Assembly (NCBI GenBank): GCA_965198285.1
Contig: OZ240251.1
Coordinates: 2,056,620 to 2,120,619, forward strand
Direction of reading: 5' to 3'
Origin: Chloroflexota bacterium
GTDB taxonomy: Bacteria > Chloroflexota > UBA11872
Length of the DNA stretch: 64,000 nucleotides
Every line of letters starts with the position of its first letter. Positions within the stretch are counted from its first letter, which is position 1. Position numbers and translations under genes: made by a program. The notes below the pieces were generated by a model. It worked only from the letters and a program-made list of their open reading frames with translations. It was not told where the DNA came from and made no database searches. Shown here piece after piece: positions 44,789-55,251 of the stretch.

Positions 44789-47443
44789 ATGTCCGACACC
44801 GACCACAAGTGGGTTTACCTGTTCCGCGAGGGCGCCGAGTCCATGCGCAATCTGCTCGGCGGCAAAGGGGCCGGCTCCGCCGAGATGACCCGCGCAGGCA
44901 TACCCGTGCCGCCGGGCTTCACGATCACCACCGAGGCTTGCCTGGTCTACTTCGACAGCGGCCGAGATTTTCCGGCGGGGATGCAACAGCAGCTTGATCG
45001 CGCGCTCTACGACGTGGAAATGCAGACCGGCAAGCGCTTCGGCGACCCTTCCAACCCGCTGCTGGTCTCGGTGCGCTCGGGCGCCCGCGTGTCCATGCCG
45101 GGAATGATGGACACGGTGCTGAATCTCGGGCTCAATGCTCAGACCCTTGACGGCCTTACCGAACTAACGGGCGATGCGCGATTCAGTCGCGACTCCTATC
45201 GTCGGTTCGTGCAGGGCTTCGGCTCGATTGTGCTCGGACTCGAAAGTCGAGCATTCGAAGACATCATTCACGACCACAAGCAACGCCTGGGCAAGGCCGA
45301 AGACCCAGAACTAACCGCGGCTGAGTGGGACTCGGTGACAGCCGACTTTAAGAGCCTCATCTTCGACGAGACCGGCCAGCGATTCCCCGAAGATCCACAC
45401 GAGCAGCTTGACCGCGCGATCAAGGCCGTCTTCGATTCATGGCACGGTCGACGCGCGGTGGACTACCGCAACTTCCATCGCCTGCCGCATGACTGGGGCA
45501 CGGCCTGCAACGTACAGACGATGGTCTTCGGCAACATGGGCGAACGCTCGGGCACGGGCGTGGCGTTCACGCGCAATCCCAACGACGGCGACCCCGAGCT
45601 ATTCGGCGAGTACCTTCTCAACGCCCAGGGCGAAGACGTGGTGGCCGGTATACGCACGCCGGAACAGATCAGCACGTTGCGCGAGACGCTGCCTGAGGTC
45701 TACGGCGAATTCCAGGCCTACGCGCACGCGCTCGAAGCCCACTACGCCGAGATGCAGGACCTCGAGTTCACCATCGAGGACGGCCGCCTTTACATGCTCC
45801 AGACGCGCGCCGGCAAGCGCAGCCCGGCCGCTGCTATTCGTATCGCCGTGGACATGGTGCACGAGGGCAAGATCGACCGTGAAACGGCGGTGCGGCGCGT
45901 CGAGGCCGAGCAGGTCAGCGCGCTGCTGCACCCCCGCATCGACAGTTCGGCGCCTGTCGACGCCATTACGCGTGGACTCAACGCCTCGCCGGGTGCCGCG
46001 ACGGGCGAAGTCGTCTTTACCGCCGACGATGCCGCGGCGCTGGCCGAGGAGGGCCATCCGGTCATCCTGGTGCGACCCGAGACTTCGCCGGACGACTTCC
46101 ATGGCATGGCCGCGTCCCAGGCCATCCTCACGTCACGCGGGGGCGCGACCAGCCACGCGGCCATCGTGGCTCGGCAGCTTGGGCTGCCCGCCGTTGTCGG
46201 CTGTGAGGTTCTCGAGATAGACATCGACGCCGGCGTCTTCCGAGTCGGCAGTACGGAAGTTGCCGCCGGCGCCACGATCACCATCGACGGCACCCTGGGC
46301 AACGTGATTCGTGGGGAAGTGCCGCTCATCCCCGGCGAGATGACGCAGGAACTTCACGAGCTGCTCAGTTGGGCGGACGAGATCCGTCGACTCCAGGTCT
46401 GGGGAAACGCCGACACCCCCGAGGAAGCCGAGCTTGCACGCTCCTACGGCGCCCAGGGCATTGGCCTCTGCCGAACCGAGCACATGTTCCGCGAGGGCGA
46501 CCGCCTGCCCATCGTGCAGGACATGATCTTGGCCGAATCCGAAGCCGAGCGCCGACGCGCCCTGGATCGGCTGTTGCCCATCCAGCGCGAGGACTTCGTC
46601 GGCATCCTGCGGGCGATGCACGGTCTGCCGGTCATCATTCGGCTGCTGGACCCGCCCCTGCACGAGTTCCTGAGCGGGGTCGAAGACGAACTGACCAGCT
46701 TGGAGCAGCAAGGGGCCTCGGAGGCCGACATAGCCCTGGCGCGCCGTAAGGTGTCGCGGGCCGCCGAGTTGCACGAAGTCAATCCCATGCTGGGCTTGCG
46801 AGGCTGCCGCTTGGGGCTGGTGTATCCCGAGGTCTACGAGATGCAGGTCCAGGCCATTGTGGAGGCCGCCCTGCAACTCAAGGCCGAGGCCGTGCATGTC
46901 CTGCCGGAGATCATGATTCCGCTCATCGGCCATATTTCTGAACTCACCACCATCGAGACCCGCCTGCGGTCCACCGCCGAGCATGTGCAGCAACGCGCGG
47001 GAGACCGGATCGAGTTCAAGTTCGGAACCATGCTGGAAGTGCCGCGCGCCTGTCTGACGGCAACCGAGATCGCCGGCGTCGCCGAGTTCTTCAGCTTCGG
47101 AACCAACGACCTTACCCAGACCACCTTCGGCATCAGCCGAGACGACGCGGAAGGCCGCTTCCTGCTCAAGTACGTGGAAGACGGCATCCTGACCGACAAC
47201 CCGTTTGGCGTGCTCGACCGGGACGGCGTCGGCGAGCTCATGCGTACCGCCACCGAGCAGGGACGGGCCGCACGTCCCGACATCGAGGTCGGAATCTGCG
47301 GCGAGCATGGCGGCGACCCCTCCTCTATCGACTTTTGCGAGTCGCTGGGGCTGGACTACGTCAGCGCTTCTCCGTTCCGAGTACCGGTGGCCCGCATCGC
47401 CGCCGCGCACGCGCGCTTGGAGCAGGGCTTCCGAGACCGGTAG
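44789..47443 (+). CDS. ppdK: pyruvate, phosphate dikinase
   Basis: MSDTDHKWVYLF.EG....R.LLGGKGA..AEM...G.PVPPGFTITTEAC, the phospho-His loop GGATSHAAIVARQLG.P, and the C-terminal PEP-utilising domain FFSFGTNDLTQ and CGEHGGDP. Confidence 0.95.
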   Translation: MSDTDHKWVYLFREGAESMRNLLGGKGAGSAEMTRAGIPVPPGFTITTEACLVYFDSGRDFPAGMQQQLDRALYDVEMQTGKRFGDPSNPLLVSVRSGARVSMPGMMDTVLNLGLNAQTLDGLTELTGDARFSRDSYRRFVQGFGSIVLGLESRAFEDIIHDHKQRLGKAEDPELTAAEWDSVTADFKSLIFDETGQRFPEDPHEQLDRAIKAVFDSWHGRRAVDYRNFHRLPHDWGTACNVQTMVFGNMGERSGTGVAFTRNPNDGDPELFGEYLLNAQGEDVVAGIRTPEQISTLRETLPEVYGEFQAYAHALEAHYAEMQDLEFTIEDGRLYMLQTRAGKRSPAAAIRIAVDMVHEGKIDRETAVRRVEAEQVSALLHPRIDSSAPVDAITRGLNASPGAATGEVVFTADDAAALAEEGHPVILVRPETSPDDFHGMAASQAILTSRGGATSHAAIVARQLGLPAVVGCEVLEIDIDAGVFRVGSTEVAAGATITIDGTLGNVIRGEVPLIPGEMTQELHELLSWADEIRRLQVWGNADTPEEAELARSYGAQGIGLCRTEHMFREGDRLPIVQDMILAESEAERRRALDRLLPIQREDFVGILRAMHGLPVIIRLLDPPLHEFLSGVEDELTSLEQQGASEADIALARRKVSRAAELHEVNPMLGLRGCRLGLVYPEVYEMQVQAIVEAALQLKAEAVHVLPEIMIPLIGHISELTTIETRLRSTAEHVQQRAGDRIEFKFGTMLEVPRACLTATEIAGVAEFFSFGTNDLTQTTFGISRDDAEGRFLLKYVEDGILTDNPFGVLDRDGVGELMRTATEQGRAARPDIEVGICGEHGGDPSSIDFCESLGLDYVSASPFRVPVARIAAAHARLEQGFRDR

Positions 47444-47473
47444 CTCGAGCCCAGGTTTGCCCCGAGCCCCTAA

Positions 47474-48295
47474 GTGAGCGACTTCGTGGCAAGGCGGCAC
47501 CCAGACGCGTCGGAGTTCCTGGCGCGAGCGCAAGGATTCCTCGTGCGGCGAGAGGCCGAGAACGTGCTCATGCTCGGCGTGGCATCCAGCACCTCCGCGG
47601 CCGAGCACCTGCTGACCGTCGAGCGAGGCCGGGACTGCGTCATGGCGGGGCTCCAATCCGGGGCGAATCTCATACTTTCCCGCGGACCTGCGAGTGCCGT
47701 TGACGCGCTTGTTGAGCGACTGATCGCCGACAACGCTTCGCTACCAGGGGTAACCGGTCCAGTCGAAGAGGCAGGCCGGTTTTCGGACCTATGGCGCGCG
47801 CGGACGGGTCGGCGAACGCGCCTTCACATGCACATGCGCGTCCACGAGCTCACCGAGGTGGTTCCGCCCAAGCGTCCGTCAGGCGAATTCAGACCGGCCG
47901 CCGTGTCGGACGTTGCGCCACTGGCTGCGTGGGCCGACGACTTGCACGTGGTGCTGCGGACCGAGGATCCGCCGCTTGGCGAAGAGAGTGTCAGGAAGCG
48001 GATTGGTCAGGGACGAATGTACGTCTGGGACACCGGGGCACCTGTGTCCATGGCCGCCTGCGATGGGCCCACGCCACGCGGCATGAGGATTAACTTCGTC
48101 TACACACCACCGGAACATCGAGGCCACGGGTACGCCTCGGCATGCGTCGCGGACTTGAGCCAGCTGTTGCTCGACCAGGGATGCCGCTTCTGTGCGCTAT
48201 TCACGGACCTGGCCAATCCCGTTTCCAACCGGATATACGCGCGATTGGGCTATCGACCGGTATGCGACTTCGACGAGTACACCTTCCAGCGGTAG
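47474..48295 (+). CDS. GNAT family N-acetyltransferase
   Basis: The C-terminal acetyl-CoA binding region is VYTPPEHRGHGYASACVADLSQLLLDQG...ANPVSNRIYARLGYRPV. Confidence 0.7.
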   Translation: MSDFVARRHPDASEFLARAQGFLVRREAENVLMLGVASSTSAAEHLLTVERGRDCVMAGLQSGANLILSRGPASAVDALVERLIADNASLPGVTGPVEEAGRFSDLWRARTGRRTRLHMHMRVHELTEVVPPKRPSGEFRPAAVSDVAPLAAWADDLHVVLRTEDPPLGEESVRKRIGQGRMYVWDTGAPVSMAACDGPTPRGMRINFVYTPPEHRGHGYASACVADLSQLLLDQGCRFCALFTDLANPVSNRIYARLGYRPVCDFDEYTFQR

Positions 48296-48449
48296 GACCC
48301 ACCGAGCAGGGACGCTTCGCTAGCTCGGCCATCGATGCCGGGGTCGGTGCTGCGCGTCGTTGCCACTCTCGCGCGCCTTGAGAGGGTCTACCCCGCCGGC
48401 AAACCCGTACGACTTTTCTGGCCCGGTCGTGCCTTAAGCTCGGCTTGAG

Positions 48450-50366
48450 ATGGCGACGCCGGTAGAGGAAGTCAAGGCCCGGCTGGACGCGGTCGAATAC
48501 ATCGGCCGTGACGTTCGGTTGCAGCGCGCCGGCCGCAACTGGAAGGGACTGTGTCCCTTCCACAGCGAGAAGACGCCGTCCTTCTTCGTCTTCCCCGACC
48601 GCGGCAGCTACAAGTGCTTCGGCTGCGGCGAGGGCGGTGATCTGCTGACGTTCGTCATGCGCCGCAACCGCATCGAATTCCCGGACGCATTGAGCGAACT
48701 CGCGCGCGAGGCCGGCATCGAGATCCAGCGCGGACCCGCCGACCCCGAACGGCGCGGGCGCCAGGCCGCGATGCTGGCCCTGCTGGCCGAGGCGCAGAAG
48801 TTTCTGCACCGGCAACTCCTGGATTCCCCGGCCGCCGAGGAAGCCCGCGTCTACGTGCGGACGCGCGGGCTGGCCGACAGAACGGTCGAGCAGTTCGGGC
48901 TGGGCTACGCCAGCGCACACGGATCGCCGCTTCTTGCGCATCTCCGCAAGCTCGGTTACAAGGACGACGCGATCGAGGCTGCGGGTCTGGCCCGCTCGGA
49001 CGAGCGCGGAGTTCGCGACTATCTCTTCGACCGGCTGATTTTTCCCATCTGGAACCGCTCTGGCGAAGTCGTCGGATTCGGCGGCCGAACCCTGCGCGAC
49101 ATCGAGCCGAAATACCTGAACACCCGAGATTCCGAGGTCTTCACCAAGGGCCACCTCCTCTACGGTTACCACCTGGCCCGCGACGCCATCCGCCAGGAGC
49201 GAACGGCGGTGGTCGTCGAGGGCTACATGGATGTGATTGCCGCGCACGAGGCCGGGTTCACCAATACCGTGGCCTCAATGGGGACCTCGCTTACGCCTCA
49301 GCAGGCGCGCATGCTCACCACCTCCGGCGCGTCGCGTGTCGTAATTGCCTTGGACGCGGACGCTGCCGGCGCGGCGGCGGCTCGGCGGGGCCTGGACGTG
49401 GTACGTGAAGAGAGCGTGTATGAGGCAGAGACTTCCGTTGAAGTCCAAGACCTGGGCGGACCGCGTCGGGCCAGCATCTCAGGGATTGGGGGGACCGTTG
49501 ATGTCCGAGTTCTTATCCAGCATGAGGACCGTCTCGCAACCGACATTGGTATCGCCGAGTTGCCCGCTGGCGACGACCCCGACTCGCTGGTTCGATCCAC
49601 CCCGCAGCGCTGGCGCGAGCTGATCGCCGAGCCCACGCCGCTGGCGGACTTCGCCTTTCGCTGGGCTGGCGGACAGCACGATCTCACTGGGCTGCGTGGC
49701 CGCCGGGCGGCGATGCGCGAGCTGCTGCCCATCGTGACGAACATCAAGGACCCGGTGGTTCGCGCTGAGTACTTCAATCGATTGGCGGATCTCAGCGGAG
49801 TGCCAGCGGACGAGTTGCGACGGCTGGCCGCACGGGATGGCCGCCGCGGTGCCCCCCGAGCAGCGGTGCGGGACCAATCTGACGTTGCTCCAAGTGATTC
49901 CTTGCCCAGTGATCCACTGGAAACTGGCCTCCTGACTTTCGTCGCTCGTGCCCACGGGGCGGCTGTCGATCTAGTTGGCCGCCTGGATCCGATGCTGCTC
50001 AGTGATCAGATGGCGCGGCATCTGCTGAGACGTATAGTGACCGATGCTCGCGAGCACCATGAACTGGACTGGGTGCGGATTGCTGCATCGCTCGACCCGA
50101 CCTCTCAGGAGTACCTAACCGCCGTTCGCCAGCTTGCAGATCTTGAACCTGGCGATCTGGAAACCCTGAGCGGCGACCTTCAGTTTGTCGTGATGCGACT
50201 TCGCAAGCGCCGCTTGCATCGTGAACTGGCCGAAACCGAATTGGCCGCCGATGGCGGGGCAGGCGAACTAATAACCGCCCGGCGTCAGGAGCTACTCATC
50301 GAGATGGCCACCCTTTACCGTGCTCAGCAGGAATTCATGGGCATCCGCAGCTTTGCGGCAGGCTAG
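48450..50366 (+). CDS. dnaG: DNA primase
   Basis: Zinc-binding CPFHSEKTPSFFVFPDRGSYKCFGCGEGGDLLTFV, and the TOPRIM segment VVVEGYMDVIAAHEAGF.N.VASMGTSLT. No rpoD follows it. Confidence 0.92.
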   Translation: MATPVEEVKARLDAVEYIGRDVRLQRAGRNWKGLCPFHSEKTPSFFVFPDRGSYKCFGCGEGGDLLTFVMRRNRIEFPDALSELAREAGIEIQRGPADPERRGRQAAMLALLAEAQKFLHRQLLDSPAAEEARVYVRTRGLADRTVEQFGLGYASAHGSPLLAHLRKLGYKDDAIEAAGLARSDERGVRDYLFDRLIFPIWNRSGEVVGFGGRTLRDIEPKYLNTRDSEVFTKGHLLYGYHLARDAIRQERTAVVVEGYMDVIAAHEAGFTNTVASMGTSLTPQQARMLTTSGASRVVIALDADAAGAAAARRGLDVVREESVYEAETSVEVQDLGGPRRASISGIGGTVDVRVLIQHEDRLATDIGIAELPAGDDPDSLVRSTPQRWRELIAEPTPLADFAFRWAGGQHDLTGLRGRRAAMRELLPIVTNIKDPVVRAEYFNRLADLSGVPADELRRLAARDGRRGAPRAAVRDQSDVAPSDSLPSDPLETGLLTFVARAHGAAVDLVGRLDPMLLSDQMARHLLRRIVTDAREHHELDWVRIAASLDPTSQEYLTAVRQLADLEPGDLETLSGDLQFVVMRLRKRRLHRELAETELAADGGAGELITARRQELLIEMATLYRAQQEFMGIRSFAAG

Positions 50367-50411
50367 CCAGTACCTGAGCGGCGCCGACCACACATTCGGG
50401 CCGGCAACCTG

Positions 50412-50744
50412 TTATGCCCCGTTTAGCGCCTGGTCCAGGGCGGCCGCCAGGTCCGACTTCGGGCGGAACCCGATGATGCGTCCGACTTCCGCGCCGTCGT
50501 TGAATACCAACAGCGTGGGAATGCCGCGCACGCCGTATGTGCCTGGCGTCATTGGGTTGGCGTCGACGTCCACCTTCGCAAAGGCGACCCGGCCGTCGTA
50601 CTCCTCGGCCAATTCGTCCACAATCGGGGCGATCATCTTGCACGGACCGCACCACTCGGCCCAGAAGTCCACCAGGACGGGTGTGGAGGATTCAAGAACC
50701 TTGGCTTGGAAATCGCTGTCGGATACAGCTTCGGGCGCTGCCAT
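50412..50744 (-). CDS. trxA: thioredoxin
   Basis: ATG 50744 preceded by GAGGAG. PVLVDFWAEWCGPCKMIAP...GIPTLLVF. 110 aa. Confidence 0.92.
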   Translation of the reverse strand: MAAPEAVSDSDFQAKVLESSTPVLVDFWAEWCGPCKMIAPIVDELAEEYDGRVAFAKVDVDANPMTPGTYGVRGIPTLLVFNDGAEVGRIIGFRPKSDLAAALDQALNGA

Positions 50745-50813
50745 TGAATCTCCTCGGAAAACCGAAATACGTGCTGATTCGAGCGTAGGCAGACCGGTGC
50801 GTGAAGTCAACGG

Positions 50814-51443
50814 ATGTCCGCCACGGTGACCGCCCCTCGGTTTTCGGTGGTGATCCTGGCAGGCGGACAAAGCCGGCGGATGGGCCGCGACAAACGCGCG
50901 CTGCCGTGGATCCCGGCGCCCGACGGCTCACAACGAACGCTCCTCGGCCACGTCGTTGCGACGGTGTCGCGGCTTACGGAAGACGTCGTGCTGGTCGCAA
51001 ACGACGATCCGGGCATAAGCGGCGTGCGCGTCGTAGGTGATCTGTACTCGCGCTCTGGCAGTTTGGGCGGCATTTACAGCGGGCTGGCGGCCGCGGCGCA
51101 CAACCTGGCCTTCATCGCGGCGGCGGACATGCCCTTTCTCAACCCAAGCCTGATTCGCGATCTCGTCGGGCGCGCGTCTCGGGCGGACGCAGTGGTACCA
51201 GTCACCGACGGCCGGCCGGAGCCTCTGCACGCGGTCTATCGAAAAGCGCTGCTACGGCCAGCGCGCCGGCGCATCGTGAGCCGGGAGTTGAAGGTAGCGC
51301 CGGTGTTTGGTGCAGTGAAGACCGTGTGGGTTCCGGAGGCGAATGTGCGCCGACTCGATCCTGACCTGCGCTCGTTTTGGAACCTGAACACGCCGGACGA
51401 CTACGCGCGCGCCTTGGCGCTGGCCAGCAGTCACGGCTCCTGA
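50814..51443 (+). CDS. mobA: molybdenum cofactor guanylyltransferase
   Basis: VVILAGGQSRRMG.DK, plus the later AADMPFL motif. Confidence 0.8.
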   Translation: MSATVTAPRFSVVILAGGQSRRMGRDKRALPWIPAPDGSQRTLLGHVVATVSRLTEDVVLVANDDPGISGVRVVGDLYSRSGSLGGIYSGLAAAAHNLAFIAAADMPFLNPSLIRDLVGRASRADAVVPVTDGRPEPLHAVYRKALLRPARRRIVSRELKVAPVFGAVKTVWVPEANVRRLDPDLRSFWNLNTPDDYARALALASSHGS

Positions 51444-51548
51444 ATCGCCTAAACTGGCGGCCCTGGTTCCGCGCGCCGAATACCAATTGACCTCGACCTG
51501 ACAACGTTTCGTCTGCGAATCCACGACGCGGCGGCGCGTCCGCTGCGG

Positions 51549-52027
51549 GTGAACCGCGACGAGTCCGGCTCGCTCGTGGAAATCCTGCGGACGGATTGGC
51601 CCGACGTGTACGAGGACGAGCAACGCCCGTTCGCACAGACGTATTTCTCAACCACACCGACGGGCCTGGCGCGCGACGAGGACGAGTGGCACGTCCACCG
51701 GCACCAGGAAGACCGATTCGTCGTGGCCGCCGGCGACATCATTCTGGCGCTCTGGGACGGGCGTGAGGGGTCGACGACCGCTGGCACGCTTGACCTGCTG
51801 CCCATGGGCCAGTCGCAGCCGGATGGCGCGCAGTACACGGTGTTGATTCCCAAGCTCGTCCACCACGGCTTCATGGTTGCGGGCGACCGTCCGGCGATCC
51901 TGCTGAACTCCCCGACCCAGCTCTACAACCCCAGCGACGAAGGCCGCGACCCGTTTAGCGACGTAGGCGCCACCTTCGACGACGGCCGCCCATTCAACTG
52001 GGAGGCCGTTCGCGAGGTGCTGCACGG

Positions 52028-52031
<4 letters not shown>
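51549..52031 (+). CDS. cupin-fold dTDP-4-dehydrorhamnose 3,5-epimerase-like protein (start uncertain)
   Basis: RDESGSLVEILR (D.RG.L.E motif) and WHVHRHQEDRFVVAAGDI. The open frame extends upstream to 51453 without a canonical start. Confidence 0.55.
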
Positions 52032-53287
<1,256 letters not shown>

Positions 53288-53408
53288 TGGGCTGCCTCCG
53301 TCGGTCCCGACGGTGTTTGGAGTTTGGTTGAACCGCTGTTATTCATCCTAGTCGCTCGGGGGCTCGGCGACGGTGCTGGCGGCTGTGGCGCTGGCGTTTT
53401 TGGGGGTA

Positions 53409-53463
53409 CTCGCGCCCGCCGGCCCGCAACCCCCATAGGGGGTTGCGGGCCGGCGGGCGCGAG
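53409..53463 (-). terminator. perfect 26-bp-stem hairpin downstream of gatB
   Basis: CTCGCGCCCGCCGGCCCGCAACCCCC-ATA-GGGGGTTGCGGGCCGGCGGGCGCGAG. It lies 200 nt after the gatB stop and 120 nt before the gdh start. There is no U-tract on the minus strand. Confidence 0.45.
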
Positions 53464-53661
53464 ATTTGGCGGATTTTTTGCGAGCGGCGTTTGAAGGTTA
53501 GGGGCGGCTGGCGGGGGAGGCGGGGCAGGGGCGAGGGGGCGGTGGGAGAGAGTCATCCGGGACTTTGGTTGCAGGGACGGCAGGCCTATCGTACACTGAC
53601 TGAATACCATAGGCAATTGGGGCGTATCTCGACAGGTAGCGAGGGGGCGGTGTGGCTGTCC

Positions 53662-55251
53662 TCAGGCCGAGTCGAGCTCGGCGCGGATGAGGTCGCTGAC
53701 GGCGCGGGGGTTGGCTTTGCCGCGGGTGACTCGCATGACCTGGCCCATGAGGAACTGTAGGGCGCGGCCTTTGCCGGCGCGGTAGTCCTGGACGGCCTGG
53801 GGGTTCTCCTGGATGACCTGGCGGGCGATGGTCAGGAGTTCGTCCTGGCCGCTGATCTGCGGGCCGCGGGCCTGGACCAGGGCCCTAGCCGTCTTGCCGG
53901 TGGCGAACATTTCGTCCAGAACTTCGCCCGCCATTGTGCTGCTGACGGCGCCTTTCTCCCGCAGGGCGAGGAGGGAGGCAACTTGGGTTGGTGGGACGGG
54001 GATGTTGGCGGAGCTGCCTGGGGTTGGGTGCTGGGCTGACGGCCGACCCTCACCCCGGCCCTCTCCCTGAGAGGGAGAGGGAGGAAGAGCGGATGGATTT
54101 CCGCCCCGGATGGAGTCCGGGGCAGGCTTTTCGCGGGATTGGCGGGGGGCGGCGTGGGCGTTGAGGGCGCGGCGGAGTTCGTGGACGATCCAGGTGATGG
54201 CCTGGTCGGCGGGTGCGCCGGCCTTAAGCACGGCCAGGGCGTAGTCGGTTAGGGCGCGGTCCTGGACGAGTTCGGCGACGTCGTCCCGGGGCGCGCCTTG
54301 CCCGATCAGGTCAGCGGCGACGTGGTCGGGCATGCGGGGGAGGCCGGCGAATAGGGTGTCGACGCGCTGGCGGGTGATGTGTAAAGGCGGCAGATCGGGT
54401 TCGGGGAAGTAGCGGTAGTCGTGGGCGTATTCCTTGGTGCGCTGCGACCGGGTGGTCCCCGACGTCTCGTCCCAGCCGCGGGTTTCCTGTTCGATCGGTT
54501 CACCGCGCTCACGCCGGGCGGTCTGGCGCTCGATCTCAAAGGCCAGGGCGCGGCCGAGCGCGCGGAAGGAATTCATGTTCTTGACTTCGACCTTCACGTC
54601 GCCGATCGGCACGCCCTCGGGCCAGACAGAGACGTTGGCGTCGATGCGCAGCGCGCCGTCCTCCATGTTGGCGGTGGATACCCCGATCCAGCGCAGCAGG
54701 GCCCGCAACTTCTCGCCGTAGGCCATGGCTTCGGCGGGCGTTTGGATGTCGGGCTCGCTGACGATCTCCATTAGCGGCGCGCCGGAGCGGTTGACGTCGA
54801 TCAGGCTGGCGGGCGCGCCGTCGGCGGCGGTGACGTGGGTGAGACGGGCGGTGTCCTCTTCCAGGTGGACGCGCGTTATGCCAATGCGGGTAGTTTCGCC
54901 GTCGACCTCGACGTCAAAGTGTCCGTTGACGCAGAGCGGCAGGTCGTACTGGGAAATCTGGTACCACTTCATCAGGTCGGGATAGGCGTAGTTCTTGCGG
55001 TCGAACTTGGCGTATTCGGGGATATCGCAGTGGAGCGCCAGGCCGGTGCGGATGGTGTGGTCCACGGCTTCGCGGTTGATGACCGGCAGAACGCCGGGCA
55101 TGCCCAGGCAGATGGGGCAGACGTGGGTGTTGGGCTGGGCGTTGGCGTAGTCGGCGGCGCAGCCGCAGAACATCTTGCTCCGAGTCCGCAGCTGGACGTG
55201 GGTCTCGAGCCCGATGACGACGCGGTAGGTGGTGGCGCTGGCGGTCGTCAT
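53662..55251 (-). CDS. gatB: Asp-tRNA(Asn)/Glu-tRNA(Gln) amidotransferase subunit B
   Basis: [25 protein letters not shown], and the C-terminal GatB_Yqey tail [14 protein letters not shown]. 529 aa, including an insertion of about 49 aa. Confidence 0.95.
   Translation of the reverse strand: MTTASATTYRVVIGLETHVQLRTRSKMFCGCAADYANAQPNTHVCPICLGMPGVLPVINREAVDHTIRTGLALHCDIPEYAKFDRKNYAYPDLMKWYQISQYDLPLCVNGHFDVEVDGETTRIGITRVHLEEDTARLTHVTAADGAPASLIDVNRSGAPLMEIVSEPDIQTPAEAMAYGEKLRALLRWIGVSTANMEDGALRIDANVSVWPEGVPIGDVKVEVKNMNSFRALGRALAFEIERQTARRERGEPIEQETRGWDETSGTTRSQRTKEYAHDYRYFPEPDLPPLHITRQRVDTLFAGLPRMPDHVAADLIGQGAPRDDVAELVQDRALTDYALAVLKAGAPADQAITWIVHELRRALNAHAAPRQSREKPAPDSIRGGNPSALPPSPSQGEGRGEGRPSAQHPTPGSSANIPVPPTQVASLLALREKGAVSSTMAGEVLDEMFATGKTARALVQARGPQISGQDELLTIARQVIQENPQAVQDYRAGKGRALQFLMGQVMRVTRGKANPRAVSDLIRAELDSA
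54004..54150 (-). repeat. in-frame palindromic GC-rich element inserted in gatB (boundaries approximate)
   Basis: Encodes [49 protein letters not shown]. It contains CCCTCTCCCT-GAG-AGGGAGAGGG (54060-54082) and CCGGA-CTCCA-TCCGG. It is absent from GatB sequences I know, such as B. subtilis. Confidence 0.55.

Noticed and set aside
46133-49247. Reverse ORFs 46133-47656 (507 aa) and 48201-49247 (348 aa).
   Set aside because: They are antisense to ppdK/GNAT and dnaG respectively and have no motifs.
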